Below are positions 1-11,400 of a stretch of 64,000 nucleotides of DNA, piece after piece. The stretch covers positions 649 to 64,648 of IMG/VR virus record IMGVR_UViG_3300035682_000032; one strand, given 5' to 3'. The DNA is from a virus (Duplodnaviria > Caudoviricetes). The notes under the pieces were generated by a model. That model had not been told where the DNA came from, ran no database searches, and saw nothing but the letters and a program-made list of their open reading frames with translations. The translations under genes and the position numbers were made by a program. Position 1 is the first letter of the stretch. Every line of letters starts with the position of its first letter.

Positions 1-1611
1 CGTGACGCAGGGCTCACAAAGGACGACGTTAAAGCTACGGTTGATAAGATCGTAGGGAGTGCTGGAACAGACACGGCTGCGGCCACAGGCATCTACGCGC
101 ACATTGATGGCGTAAACACCAAGATTGACAACATCAATAATTTGATTGGTGCACCTGCTAAGGGAGATGTGGCTGCAACCGGCCTGTTTGCCAAGATTGC
201 CGCAAACGAAGCCGCTGGTATGAAGCGGGATGAGGCTACCCAGAAAGCTATTGCCGATGTTGCCACCGAACTTGGCACTACAAAGGAAGCCCTCCTCAAA
301 CAGCTTGATACGACCGAAGTCAACCTGACTAAGAAAATTGACACTCTAAGTGGTGATGTCAGCAATCTAAGTACAAAAATTGGCAACGTAGAAAGCAACA
401 TCTTAACTAAGATGGCTGAGTACGAGAAGGCTGGCATTGACCGCGATACGGCGTTGTCCAAAGCGATTGACGATGTTGCAACCAGCCTTGGCACCACCAA
501 GGCTGATCTACTAACGCAGATTGGTAAGACTGAAACTTCGTTAAAAGAAGAAGTTGCGACGGTTGAGACAAACCTTGGCACCAAGATTGCAGATTCGCAA
601 GCAGCCGTTCTTAAAGCATTAGGGCTGACTGAAACAAAGCTAAGCGAAGAAATCTCAGGGGTCGAAAGCAAACTGACCACCAAGATTGGAGACGTTGAAA
701 CCAACGTCTTGTCGCGGATGGCCGAGTATGAGAAGGCCGGTATTGGTCGAGACGAGGCACTGGGTAAGGCAATTGACGACGTGGCTGCTGATCTTGGCAC
801 CACACGCACTGACATCCTTACACAGATTGGTAAGACCGAGGCCAACATCAAAGCTGATCTGGCCAGCACCAAGACTGAACTGAAGACCGACATTGGCACC
901 GCCAAGACTGAACTAAAAGGCGACATTGCCACTGCCAAACAAGAGGTGCTGGACAGGGCCGCTGAGTACGAGAAGGCAGGTATTGCACGCGACCAAGCAC
1001 TTGCAATGGCGCAGGCGGACATGGCCAAGACTCTGGGGCAAGACACCCAGAAGGCTACGCAGTCTGATCTGGATGCAATCATTAAGTCGTTGGAGACCCA
1101 AGGTGCATACGACCAGCAGTACGATTACAACGGCGACAAGGTAATTGACCAAAAGGACAAGGTTGCGATTGAGACATACCTCAGATCGCAGGAAACGGCA
1201 TACAAGCCAGACACCGACGACCCGTTCAAGTACGACCCCGCCGCAGGCTCCAAGTGGGCACGCACTGGTGTGTTCAAAACCGTGGCGGATGAGGCTGAGG
1301 CTACTCGCAAAGCCCAAGCTGACGAAGCCGAGCGTACCCGCCAAGCGCAAGCGGCGGCTGCACTCAAGACCCAGCGTATGGGCAATCTCAATACCCTGAC
1401 CAGCATGCTGGGGCAGGCAGAAGACACCAAAGGCCAGCAAGTCACGGTAAAAGCTGCCGATCCTGCAAAGATTGGGTACATTTATGACTGGAACAGCATT
1501 TTCGCTAATCCATCGCAGGAAAAACTGTTTGCCTCCCCATTTGCACAAGGCGGCATGGTGGACGGTTCTGAAGATGTAAACGAAGAATTGCTTAAAATTT
1601 TGAAAGGTTGA
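1..1611 (+). CDS. C-terminal part of a large repetitive virion (ejection-type) protein, 5' truncated by the window
   Basis: Frame 1 is open from base 1 (RDAGLTKDDVKATVDKIV...) to the stop at 1611. It contains repeats of AEYEKAGIxRDxALxKAIDDVA, 11-aa coiled-coil repeats and a C-terminal FAQGG motif. Confidence 0.7.
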   Translation, partial: RDAGLTKDDVKATVDKIVGSAGTDTAAATGIYAHIDGVNTKIDNINNLIGAPAKGDVAATGLFAKIAANEAAGMKRDEATQKAIADVATELGTTKEALLKQLDTTEVNLTKKIDTLSGDVSNLSTKIGNVESNILTKMAEYEKAGIDRDTALSKAIDDVATSLGTTKADLLTQIGKTETSLKEEVATVETNLGTKIADSQAAVLKALGLTETKLSEEISGVESKLTTKIGDVETNVLSRMAEYEKAGIGRDEALGKAIDDVAADLGTTRTDILTQIGKTEANIKADLASTKTELKTDIGTAKTELKGDIATAKQEVLDRAAEYEKAGIARDQALAMAQADMAKTLGQDTQKATQSDLDAIIKSLETQGAYDQQYDYNGDKVIDQKDKVAIETYLRSQETAYKPDTDDPFKYDPAAGSKWARTGVFKTVADEAEATRKAQADEAERTRQAQAAAALKTQRMGNLNTLTSMLGQAEDTKGQQVTVKAADPAKIGYIYDWNSIFANPSQEKLFASPFAQGGMVDGSEDVNEELLKILKG

Positions 1612-1613
1612 TC

Positions 1614-2561
1614 ATGGGCGACGAAGAAACTGGGTACTCCGACACAACTGAAGAAGTGCAGGATTGGCAGAACTTAGATGGGTCTGGCACCAACACTGTT
1701 GGCGACTACACCACGTCCGACTACGACTGGACTGAGTTTGATACTGCCACCGAAAACTACCTCAAGGAAAACTACCCTGAGTTGGCAAAAGACGCTTCTC
1801 TGTTTGATCAGGTGGGTGCAGCATTTAAAAAGCTCGGCACTTCGGCTTTTAACAACCTTAAAACCGCGTTCACTGACCCCAAGACTGGTGGCACAAACTG
1901 GCGCAACGTAGCCGCCGCCGCAGGTGGTTTGTACGGCCTGTACCAAAGCCAGCAAAAGCCTGAGAAGACAGGCTATCAAGGCGGCATCCCTAAGTACGAA
2001 GCGGTGCGTGAAAAGGTGGCTAACACCTATGATCCTACCCGCCGTCCGGGTAGCTCGGCGCAAGAGTATTTCACCAAAACTCGTTTTGTTGCACCAGAAG
2101 GTGCCGAAGCCGCTCGCACTACCGCCAAGGAAGAAGCCGCTGGTCTGGAAGCCCTAAACAAATCCAACCCTGCACGCCAAACCCGTCCTGTTTTGCAGGC
2201 TGGCGCAGAGAAGAAAGAAGACAAGAAAGAGGAAGTCAAACCCGCTTCGTCTGTCATCAAAGACTTACCGGTGCCGAAATACGCATCCGGTGGTATTGCG
2301 GAGATGGCGCGAGGCCGATATTTAAGTGGCGCAACAGATGGTATGGCTGATAAAATTCCAGCACGAATTGGTGGAAAACAGGAAGCTAAATTAAGTCATG
2401 GTGAGTTTGTTATTCCCGCAGATGTTGTTGGTCACCTTGGTAATGGAAATTCCGAAGCGGGTGCACAGCGCCTGTATGCAATGATGGACAAAATTCGTAA
2501 AGCTCGCACCGGTACGACCAAGCAGGGCAAGCAAATTAACCCCGATAAATTTTTAGCGTAA
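1614..2561 (+). CDS. putative internal virion protein
   Basis: ORF coupled to the upstream gene. C-terminal YASGG...GATDGMADKIPA...LSHGEFVIPADVV motif resembles those of phage injected/tape-measure-like proteins. Confidence 0.6.
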   Translation: MGDEETGYSDTTEEVQDWQNLDGSGTNTVGDYTTSDYDWTEFDTATENYLKENYPELAKDASLFDQVGAAFKKLGTSAFNNLKTAFTDPKTGGTNWRNVAAAAGGLYGLYQSQQKPEKTGYQGGIPKYEAVREKVANTYDPTRRPGSSAQEYFTKTRFVAPEGAEAARTTAKEEAAGLEALNKSNPARQTRPVLQAGAEKKEDKKEEVKPASSVIKDLPVPKYASGGIAEMARGRYLSGATDGMADKIPARIGGKQEAKLSHGEFVIPADVVGHLGNGNSEAGAQRLYAMMDKIRKARTGTTKQGKQINPDKFLA

Positions 2562-2573
2562 GCGAGGTAGAAC

Positions 2574-3485
2574 ATGTCAACAGTAAAATCTACAGGAACT
2601 ACGGGCACCGGCACGGGTTCTACCGCTGATACCGGAGTCGGGCAACAAACGGGCACCGAGTCCTCGCTTTCTAACTGGGCAGGGCCGTATGTCACAGACA
2701 TGCTGGGTCGCGGTCAAGCACTGGCCAACCAAGACTACCAAGCCTATGGAGGCCCGCTGACTGCGGGTACGTCCGAGCTACAGGACACAGCGTTCCAAGG
2801 CATTGCTGGCCTGACCATCCCTACTGAGCAGATGGGTGCGTTTACCCCCCAGAAATTTGGTGCGCAGCAAGCTCAGGACTACATGAATCCTTACTTGACT
2901 GCGGCGCTTGACCCGCAGATTGAGGAAGCCAAACGCCAAGCGCAAATTCAAAACTTGGCCAACCGCGCTTCTGCAACCAAAGCTGGCGCATTCGGTGGTG
3001 GTCGGGGTGCCTTGATGGAGTCTGAGAACCAACGCAACATGTTGCAAAACCTCGCTGGCATTACCGGCAAGGGCTACTCAGACGCCTATTCGCAAGCAAT
3101 GAATCAATTTAACGTCGAACAAGGCCGTGGCCAAACGGCGCAAGACGCCGCCAACACCTACGGTTTGGCTGCGCTCCAGAAACAAGGCGAAGCTGGTCAA
3201 GTTCAACGTGACATTGAGCAACAAGGCATCACTGCGGATGTCAAAGAATTTGAAACTCAACGTGAGTTTCCGTACAAGCAAGTGCAGTATCAGCAGTCTC
3301 TGCTCCAAGGTTTGCCTCTTGCTGCGCAAACTTACTCATACTCACAACCCAGTGCACTGTCGAATATTCTCAGCCAAGGTGGTGGCCTCATGGACTTGTA
3401 CGACCGTATCTTTGGTACGGCTCCTGCCGCTCCTGCTGCTCCTGCCACAACTACGCCTGCCACGACTACGCCTGCCAAGCCATAA
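2574..3485 (+). CDS. putative DNA ejection/pilot protein
   Basis: GAGG RBS. Q/A/G-rich, with YMNPY and GAFGGGR motifs typical of podovirus ejection proteins. Confidence 0.6.
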   Translation: MSTVKSTGTTGTGTGSTADTGVGQQTGTESSLSNWAGPYVTDMLGRGQALANQDYQAYGGPLTAGTSELQDTAFQGIAGLTIPTEQMGAFTPQKFGAQQAQDYMNPYLTAALDPQIEEAKRQAQIQNLANRASATKAGAFGGGRGALMESENQRNMLQNLAGITGKGYSDAYSQAMNQFNVEQGRGQTAQDAANTYGLAALQKQGEAGQVQRDIEQQGITADVKEFETQREFPYKQVQYQQSLLQGLPLAAQTYSYSQPSALSNILSQGGGLMDLYDRIFGTAPAAPAAPATTTPATTTPAKP

Positions 3486-3494
3486 GGACACACC

Positions 3495-5402
3495 ATGCAG
3501 ATGCCAAACGCTTCACCCCAAGGTATTGCAGGACTCATGCAACAGCGTCCGCAACAACCACAAATGCCAACTCCCGGAAAAGCCAGCCCCATGGCTGGGC
3601 TGGGAAGTGTGGACGACCGTGTTGACGCATACAAGGGTGACACCAAGCCGTTGGAAAAACGCTATGCAATGACGCAAGACTTGCTTGATCTGTTGGCACT
3701 CCAAAAGATCAAATCAGAAAAGGACGCCGCCGCTCGTGACATGCAGTTGAAGATGGCTCAGCAAAACGCCGAAAGCGGTCAAGCCAATATGACTGTGGCA
3801 CAGCAACGTGAACAAGAGGTTGCCGAGTTGACCAAGAACGAGCTTGCCCAACAGCGCGGTGACACTGCGCAACAGCAGACCCAGCAACAGCAAGACAAGA
3901 TGAAGCAGATGATGGGTGGTATTGCCGCCGCTCCCGGTGCTGCTATGGCTGCACAACCCAAGGCTATGGCCGCTGGTGGCATCGTTGGATACGCTGATGG
4001 TGGAACGGTTGGATACGCTGGTGGGGGTGAAATCCTCGACCAAGCACGAGAGCGCCGCAAAGCCGCCCAGCAAAAAGTGTACTCCTACGGCCTGCGCCAA
4101 CGGCAACAAGACCCCGAAGGTTTCCAGACTGCGCAAGCAGAATTGCAGGCCGCACAAGCTGCACTGCAAGCCGCCGAGAAAAGCTACGCCGCTGAGATGT
4201 CTGCCGCAGGGATAGATAAACCCATCTCTGCCGCATCACCTATGGGTGCCGTTGGTCGGTTTGAAAAAGCGCAAGCCCCTGCCGCTGCCCCCGTGTCCGA
4301 AGCGCAAGCAACCGCCGCTGCTGGCCCTCAAGCTGCCGTACCGCCTGCTGACAAGTTACCGCCTGCAAATGTAGTTGCCGCTGCGCAAGGTGCACCTAAG
4401 CCCCCAATGCCTCCTGCACCCCCTAAGCCCCCTGCACCTCCCGGAATTGCGGGTTTACCCGGTGCCGCTGCGGCACCTCCACAAGTACAGCCCGGCGTTG
4501 TTGGCCCCGCGAATGACTTTGGTACAAAACTGCAAGCCGCCGCACTTAAAAATGCGGAGATTGATCCTGTCGCCCGTCAGCTTGCAGAAGAAAAGCGTGT
4601 TGAAGGACGTACGGCGCTTACACCGGAACAGCGTGGCGTATATGAACAGGGTATCGGCGGTCTTCAGAAATTCTATGACGAGCAGTACGACCCCGAACGC
4701 TTGCGTAGAGAAGGTATCAAACGCGCCTTGATTGGTGCAGGTGGTCGTCGCTATGGTGAGCTTGCTGGTTCTGCTGAAGCCGGTATGAACTATGACGATA
4801 GGATGCGTGCTGCCAAGCTCAAAGAATTTGGAGACATCCAAGGTGCCAAGACAGGATTGATTGGTATTGACCGTGCAAACGTCAAGGGTGCTATTGACGC
4901 AGGTTCAAAAACATACGAGCAGTCCAGCATGAGCCAACGTCAGGGTCTGGAGTCTGGCCGTGGTTTGTACGGTGAGGATGTCAAGTCCCGTGACACCAAG
5001 TACAGCGTTGATGTGGGTTCCCGCGATAAAGCACTTGACCGTGAGATTGAAAGACTCAAAGTCAAAGCGCAGCAGGACGCGACTGCCGCATCACGTGAGA
5101 GCTTGTCATACGATAAGGCTCGTACGGTCTACTCGGCCACGCTTGGTAAGGTTCAAGAACTTGAGCGCCGCCTTGACGAAGACTTTACAACCCGCAACGG
5201 CATGTTGCTCATGGCAGAGCAGTCAGGCAAAATGGATGCTGCGCAGAAAAACCAATTGGAAACTGCAAGGATTCAACACCAACAAGCAAAAGCAAAAATC
5301 CGTAAGGAATTGGAGCCGGTGCTTGAATCAGCGCGTCAGAAACTTGGTGTGTCATCGACTGATGGGTTCGGCGATATGAAAAAAGTAGATTCCAAAAAAT
5401 AA
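3495..5402 (+). CDS. putative internal virion/ejection protein
   Basis: AAGGA RBS, 635 aa, Q/A/P-rich and coiled coil, triple MAAGG/YADGG/YAGGG motif. Confidence 0.6.
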   Translation: MQMPNASPQGIAGLMQQRPQQPQMPTPGKASPMAGLGSVDDRVDAYKGDTKPLEKRYAMTQDLLDLLALQKIKSEKDAAARDMQLKMAQQNAESGQANMTVAQQREQEVAELTKNELAQQRGDTAQQQTQQQQDKMKQMMGGIAAAPGAAMAAQPKAMAAGGIVGYADGGTVGYAGGGEILDQARERRKAAQQKVYSYGLRQRQQDPEGFQTAQAELQAAQAALQAAEKSYAAEMSAAGIDKPISAASPMGAVGRFEKAQAPAAAPVSEAQATAAAGPQAAVPPADKLPPANVVAAAQGAPKPPMPPAPPKPPAPPGIAGLPGAAAAPPQVQPGVVGPANDFGTKLQAAALKNAEIDPVARQLAEEKRVEGRTALTPEQRGVYEQGIGGLQKFYDEQYDPERLRREGIKRALIGAGGRRYGELAGSAEAGMNYDDRMRAAKLKEFGDIQGAKTGLIGIDRANVKGAIDAGSKTYEQSSMSQRQGLESGRGLYGEDVKSRDTKYSVDVGSRDKALDREIERLKVKAQQDATAASRESLSYDKARTVYSATLGKVQELERRLDEDFTTRNGMLLMAEQSGKMDAAQKNQLETARIQHQQAKAKIRKELEPVLESARQKLGVSSTDGFGDMKKVDSKK

Positions 5403-5411
5403 GGAGTAAGC

Positions 5412-8400
5412 ATGCCGCTGTACCAGATCACCGGCCCTGACGGTAATCTCTATGAGATCGAAGGGCCAGAAGGTGCAACTCGTCAGCAGGTGATTGCTGC
5501 TGTCCAAAAGCGTATGTCTTCTCAAGAAGACACAAACGCTGAGGCACGCTTGCAACAGCTACGCGCTGAACGTGAGGAAATGCTCAAGCCAAAACCTACT
5601 GTTGGTGGAAGCATCAAAGAGTTTGGCAAGGGCTTGGTTCCCGGCGCAATTAACTTGCTTGAATCAGCAGGTACTGGTATCAGCGCGTTGTTGCCCGACG
5701 ATACTGAGAAGGCCGCACGCGAGAAAATCAAAGAGCTTGCTGGTATTGCCAAGAAGCCATTTGAAGCTGGCGCTGGGTATGAAGACTCAGTGATGCGCAA
5801 GTTGGGTGAGGGCTTAGGTTCTACCCTACCGTTCTTTGCCGCTGGCCCCCTTGGACTGGCTGGCCGTGTTGCCGCTGGTGGTCTGGGTGTTGCCGCTGGC
5901 GCTGGTGAAGCGCGTGAGTCTGCCGAAGCCAAAGGTGCCACAGGTGAAGAACGCCGCTTGGCTACACAACTTGGTGCGCCGACTGGTCTGCTCGACTTGC
6001 TGGCACCACAGATCAAACCATTCAAGAGCCTTGTAGGTACTGCGTTTGCACGTGGTGGTGTAGAGGGTGCGACCGAAGCGGCGCAAAAGGTTGCTCAGAA
6101 CTTGATTGCCAAGGGCGTCTACGACCCTCAGCAAGAAATCCTTGTCGGCTCAGGAGAAGAAGGTGCCTATGGCGCTGGAGTCGGTGCACTGGCCAGCTTG
6201 ATCATTGACATGACCATTGGCCGCAAGGCTCGTCGCGCATCGTTGGGTCTGGATAAAGAAGCACCCAAGGAAACAACTCCTGATGCTTTGCGGTTGACGG
6301 GGGAAGCTCCGTTTACACCTGTGGGTTTACCTGACGGCTCAGTAGCAATGACCCGTGAGGACTTGGCCGCATACGAAGAATCCAAGTTCAAAGACAAGTA
6401 CGCCCCACAAGATGCGGCACCGCGCCTGCGTGAGAAAGATGCTGTAGGAACTCAGGGTGAGTTGTACCCAAGTGAGCGCGACAGCGCACTGATTCAGCTT
6501 TCTCAAATGGAAGGGCCGCAACGCCAAGCCCCAGCAGACTTTGAGTTGGAGATGCAAGAGGCACCCCGTGGAGTACAGCAAGAACTTGACTTGCAACCAC
6601 GGATTGAACGAGATACCCAAACACGTGACATGATTGACGATCTGGAGGAAACCCAACAGATCGAAGAACTGTACGCAAAAGATGAGCGGGAAGCCGCCAA
6701 AATTAGGGCAGAGAAAGAACGCATAAAGTTTGAGTCTGACCTTGCCGAATTGACCGGTGCGGTAGAGCGCAAACAGGAGAAAACATCTCAGGACACACGT
6801 CTTCAGTTGCTGCTGCCAATTGTTGAGTCTGATGTCAAGAACATCCCCAAAGCATTTGTTCTGGAACTCAAGCGTGAAGGTTTCACCAACACCAACCTCA
6901 CCGACCGTGAGCGCAACCTTATCAACCGTGCCTACGACATTCGTCTGGCAGAGGAACCCGTGGTTGAAGCTGAGCCAGAGGTGCAAGCCTCCGAGGAGCA
7001 AAAGAAAGAACTGCGTTCTATCGAGTCGCTCATTCCTGAAAAGAAAGCACAGCGCGAACCTCAACAGATGGGTTTCCCCGGAATGGGTAAGCCAAAGGGT
7101 GCCGCACCTCAAGCCTTCTCCGAGGAGGAGATTGCATCTCAGGAGAAACCATTTGCTACGGTGCTAACACCGGAAGTGCTGGCCAACGCTGGCCTACCAA
7201 AGCAATCTGGTTTCTACAAGCAGTTGCTCAACATGGACATGGCCGACACAGCCCAACAGCCTGTTGTTGCAAACATCTTCGGGCGCATTCGTGAGAACCC
7301 CAACTTATCCACAGGTACCAAGGATGCGGTCGAGAACTTAGCAATGCAGGCGTTTGGTGGTCTTGCTAAGCAGGGTGACATGTTTGTACCCGCTAAGCCA
7401 ATCAAGGCTGCCAAGGAGGACAAGAAAAATGCAACCGCAACAAGACCCGCAGCCGGGAAACCCGCTGAACGAGGACGTGATAAGAACGCAGGAGATGTCG
7501 CTGGAGGAACTGGAACTCGCACTGAAGATCGCAAACCGAGCGGTGCAAAGGACGAGCGCACTGGAGCCCCTGCTGATACCAAGCGAGTTGAAACACCTAA
7601 GCCCACTGGACTGGGAGATCGTGGGAAACCTGCTGATGACACTGGAGTGCGAAAAGGCGTGGAGCCCCCTGCACTGAAGAAGACTGAAGTTAAAGATGGA
7701 AAAGTTACCAGCTTAGTGGAGCGCCGCCAAAACCAAATTGAAGACCAAGAAGACGCTCAAGACGCCGCCGAGTTTGCTGAAGACTTAAAGGCCGTGCGCC
7801 AACGTACTCGTAACAAATACGAGCGCCGCATCAAATCTTTATGGCCGGTAATAGAGAAAGCTAAAAAAGTACTGCGGGATACCGCATACCCTAACTCATT
7901 AGAAGCTGGATCGGTTGAGAGGAGTATTCAAGAACTTGAAGGCGTTGCCAAACAATACGACGCGCTAATGGAAGGTGAAAACTTTAATTCCCCACTACGC
8001 AGGTTTGATGAAGTAATGGAGGGATTGTCTGCGGACACACAACGCCTGCAAGAAGCAATTGACGCACTTAACGCAAGTCCTAAACCAAAGCCCAAAACAG
8101 AAGCTAAGGGTAAACCCGAAGCAAAGGCTGAGAAGCCCAAGGCTGACGCAAGTTTTGGCGCATACGGGCAGGTGATGGAAGCGGAGAGTAAATCTGACGC
8201 GCTCGACTATCTGGCCTATGACATGTATGTGGCCATGTTTGAGAAGCATAAGTTGCTGTCTCGTGTAGACAAGCTCAACGACATCACTGCTCAGTTGCGC
8301 ACCGGCATACCTGTTGATGACATTGCTTTCGGTCGTGAAGGCACAACCTCGATTGTCCCGCTGAGCGGTGGCAAGTACGCCAAGGCGTTCTACGAATCTT

Positions 8401-11400
8401 TGTCGGCGGCTGACAAGAGGGCGCTGTCCAATAAAATGTCAGACTACTTTAATAAGTCTGAAGCAGAGGTGCGTCGAGGCTCTACCCAGTTTAATGTCCA
8501 GCAAGAGTTGTCCCGTGCTACCAAAGAGCAAATGGACAATGACCAACTGGAACTCTCCCGTGATGCGGTGGTGCTGGCGCTACCGTTGCACCCTGCCATC
8601 CGCAAGGCGTTGAAAGCTGGTGATCTGCGTGGAGCCCTGACCATGTTGGGCTCGCAGAACCTTGGCCGCGCATCCGAAGTCGCCAAGAAATTGGCTGGTG
8701 CAATGGGTAAAACCAAGGTTGAGTTGGAGCCCATGCTCCTCAACGCCGAGGATGTTCCAGTCGCCGGTCTGTACGACCCTAAGACAGACACCATCAAGCT
8801 GGACGCGGAGGAAGGCGTAAACCTTCACGTGCTATTACATGAAGCGGTACATGCTGCTACATCACATGTCATAGATAACAAGTCACACCCTGTGACTAAA
8901 CAACTTACAGAGCTTTACAACAATGTCAAAGACTCGCTGGACACAGCGTACGGCGCACAGTCTCTGGATGAGTTTGTTGCCGAGGCTTTCAGCAACCCTG
9001 AGTTCCAGCAACAGTTGGCGGCAATCAATCCCAAGGGTGAAGCCATCACTGCATGGCAACGCTTCATGCACGCCATCCGCAACTTTGTGCGGTCGATCAT
9101 GGGTAAAGAAACCAAGGGTATGGGCTCCGCACTCGACGCCTCTGACTCGTTGATCAACACTATCTTGTCGCCTGCACCTGAATCTCGTGAGGCAGGCTCG
9201 TTGTTCTCAGCATCGTTGCTGGGAAAAAGCTCCGCAGTCTTCAAGACTTTGGACAACCGAATCCTGTCGCTACCGGCGCTGGACAACAAGATCGTTGGTG
9301 GCATTTATGAGTTGTTCCGTGAGGGTGTGCCTTCCGCTGTTCAGAAGTTGGTGCGCCGTAGCTTGCCGCTCAATGCACTGACTGAGGTTGCAAAAGAAGA
9401 CATCCCCATGGCACCCAAGCTCGATGAGTTGGAGAAGCGTTGGAGCGGCTCCATCGACAAGCGTAAGCGTGCGACCGAAGCCACCATGAAGCGCATCCAG
9501 AACTGGGTGAAGGGCAACCCCGAGAAAGAAGTCATCCTGAACGATGTCATCGCCACCAGTACGCTTGATCAGGTTGACCCCTCCAAGCCTCGCGCTGACT
9601 ACAAGGGCAAGCAGTCCGAGAGCGGTCTGGATAAACAAAAGGTGTGGGATGACTTGCAACCACAGTGGAACAAGCTCGGCCCCGAGGGTCAGAGCGTCTA
9701 CAAACAGATGCGTGACACGTACGCTAAGACGTACGATGATTTGCTTAACCTGATGTTCAACCGCATCGACAACTCGGTGACGGACAAGGAAGACGCCAAG
9801 AAGCTCAAGACTGAGATTTATCAGCGCCTTGCCACCAAGGGCAAGATTGAGCCGTACTTCCCCCTGACACGTAATGGTGACTATCGCCTGTCATACGACG
9901 GCAAGGGTCGTGATGGCAACTTGGAACACTTCGTCGAACACTTCGAGACTTCGGTTGAGCGTGAGCGTGCAATCAAAGAGTTGGAGAAAGAAAGCGGCGT
10001 CAAAAACATTCAGCGTTTCAAAGGCGGCGCTAAGCGCACCTACAAAGATGCACCTCCAACCTCGTTCGTGAACTCTATCTTGCGAACACTTGAAGCCAAC
10101 CGACCTGCTGGTGAAGCAGGCAAGATACACGACCAGATGACCGACGAGATCATGCGTACGTTCTTGTCAACACTGCCTGAGACATCGTTCGCTCAAGCGT
10201 TCCGCAAGCGTAAGAACACGCCCGGCTTTAGCTTTGATGCACCCGCCGCTTTCTTCACACGCTCTATGGGTATGGCACACCAACTGGCTAACCTTGAGTA
10301 CAGCGGCAAGATGTACCAACTGCGCGACGAGATCGACAAGCACGTCAAGGAAAAGAACAACACCGAACGCGCCCGTGGGCTGGCCGACGAGTTAAACAGC
10401 CACATCCAAACGCTGGTCAGTCCTGACATTGCGCCATGGTCTAAGGCTTTGACATCCACCGCTTTTGCATGGACGTTGGGCTTTAACGTATCGTCTGCCG
10501 TGGTCAACATGTCGCAGGTGCCGTTGGTGCTGATGCCTTACCTTGGTGGTAAGTACGGCTACTCTGAGACTATGAAAGCCCTTGGCTCAGCCACCAAGTT
10601 GTTCTTTGGTAGCGGCCTCAAGCGCAACGCAGAAATGTCTGTGCCCACGGCTGACGGCAAGTCCAAGATTGAGATAAGTGCTGGCTTCTCGCTGGACAAC
10701 TACGACTTTGACGCCAAGGATACGCCGCCTGAGATCAAGCGCCTCAAGGAGTTGTCGCAGATCGCCGAGGACTACGGTTTGCTCAGCCGCTCGATGACGC
10801 ATGACATCTTGGACATGGACGAGAAGTCCACGCCTTTGAACCGTGTGAACGCATGGTCTGGTTTCATCTTCCACCATGGCGAGCGCATGAACCGCCAAAT
10901 CTCCCTGATCGCATCCTATGAGCTTGAGCTTGACCGGATGGCCAAGGATGGCGAGAAGATTGACAGTGCATCACGCACCGAAGCGGCCAAACGCGCAATC
11001 CAAACCACTGAACTGCTGAACGGGGGTGCATCGGCTGGCAGTGCGCCGTTGCTCGCAAAGAACTCAATTGGCAAGATCATGTTCATGTACAAACGGTACG
11101 GTGTTTCCATGTACTACATGATGTTCAAGACGGCCCGTGAAGCCATGAAGTCTGAGGACAAGAAAGTCCGTGACGCCGCCATGCGCCAGATCGTTGGCAT
11201 CTACGCCTCCGCTGGCATGATGGCTGGGGTGCAGGGTCTGCCGATGTTTGGCATCATGGCCGCTGTCTACAACATGTTCAAGGGTGACGATGAGGATGAT
11301 GCTGAGACCGCCGCACGCAAGTATCTTGGTGAAGGTCTGTTCAACGGCGCGGTCAACTACCTGACTGGTACGGCTGTCGCCAACCGTATCGGCTTGTCTG

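Noticed and set aside
93-1082. 329-aa minus-strand ORF
   Set aside because: Antisense shadow of the repetitive + strand gene; Ser/Val/Leu-rich mirror composition and no RBS.
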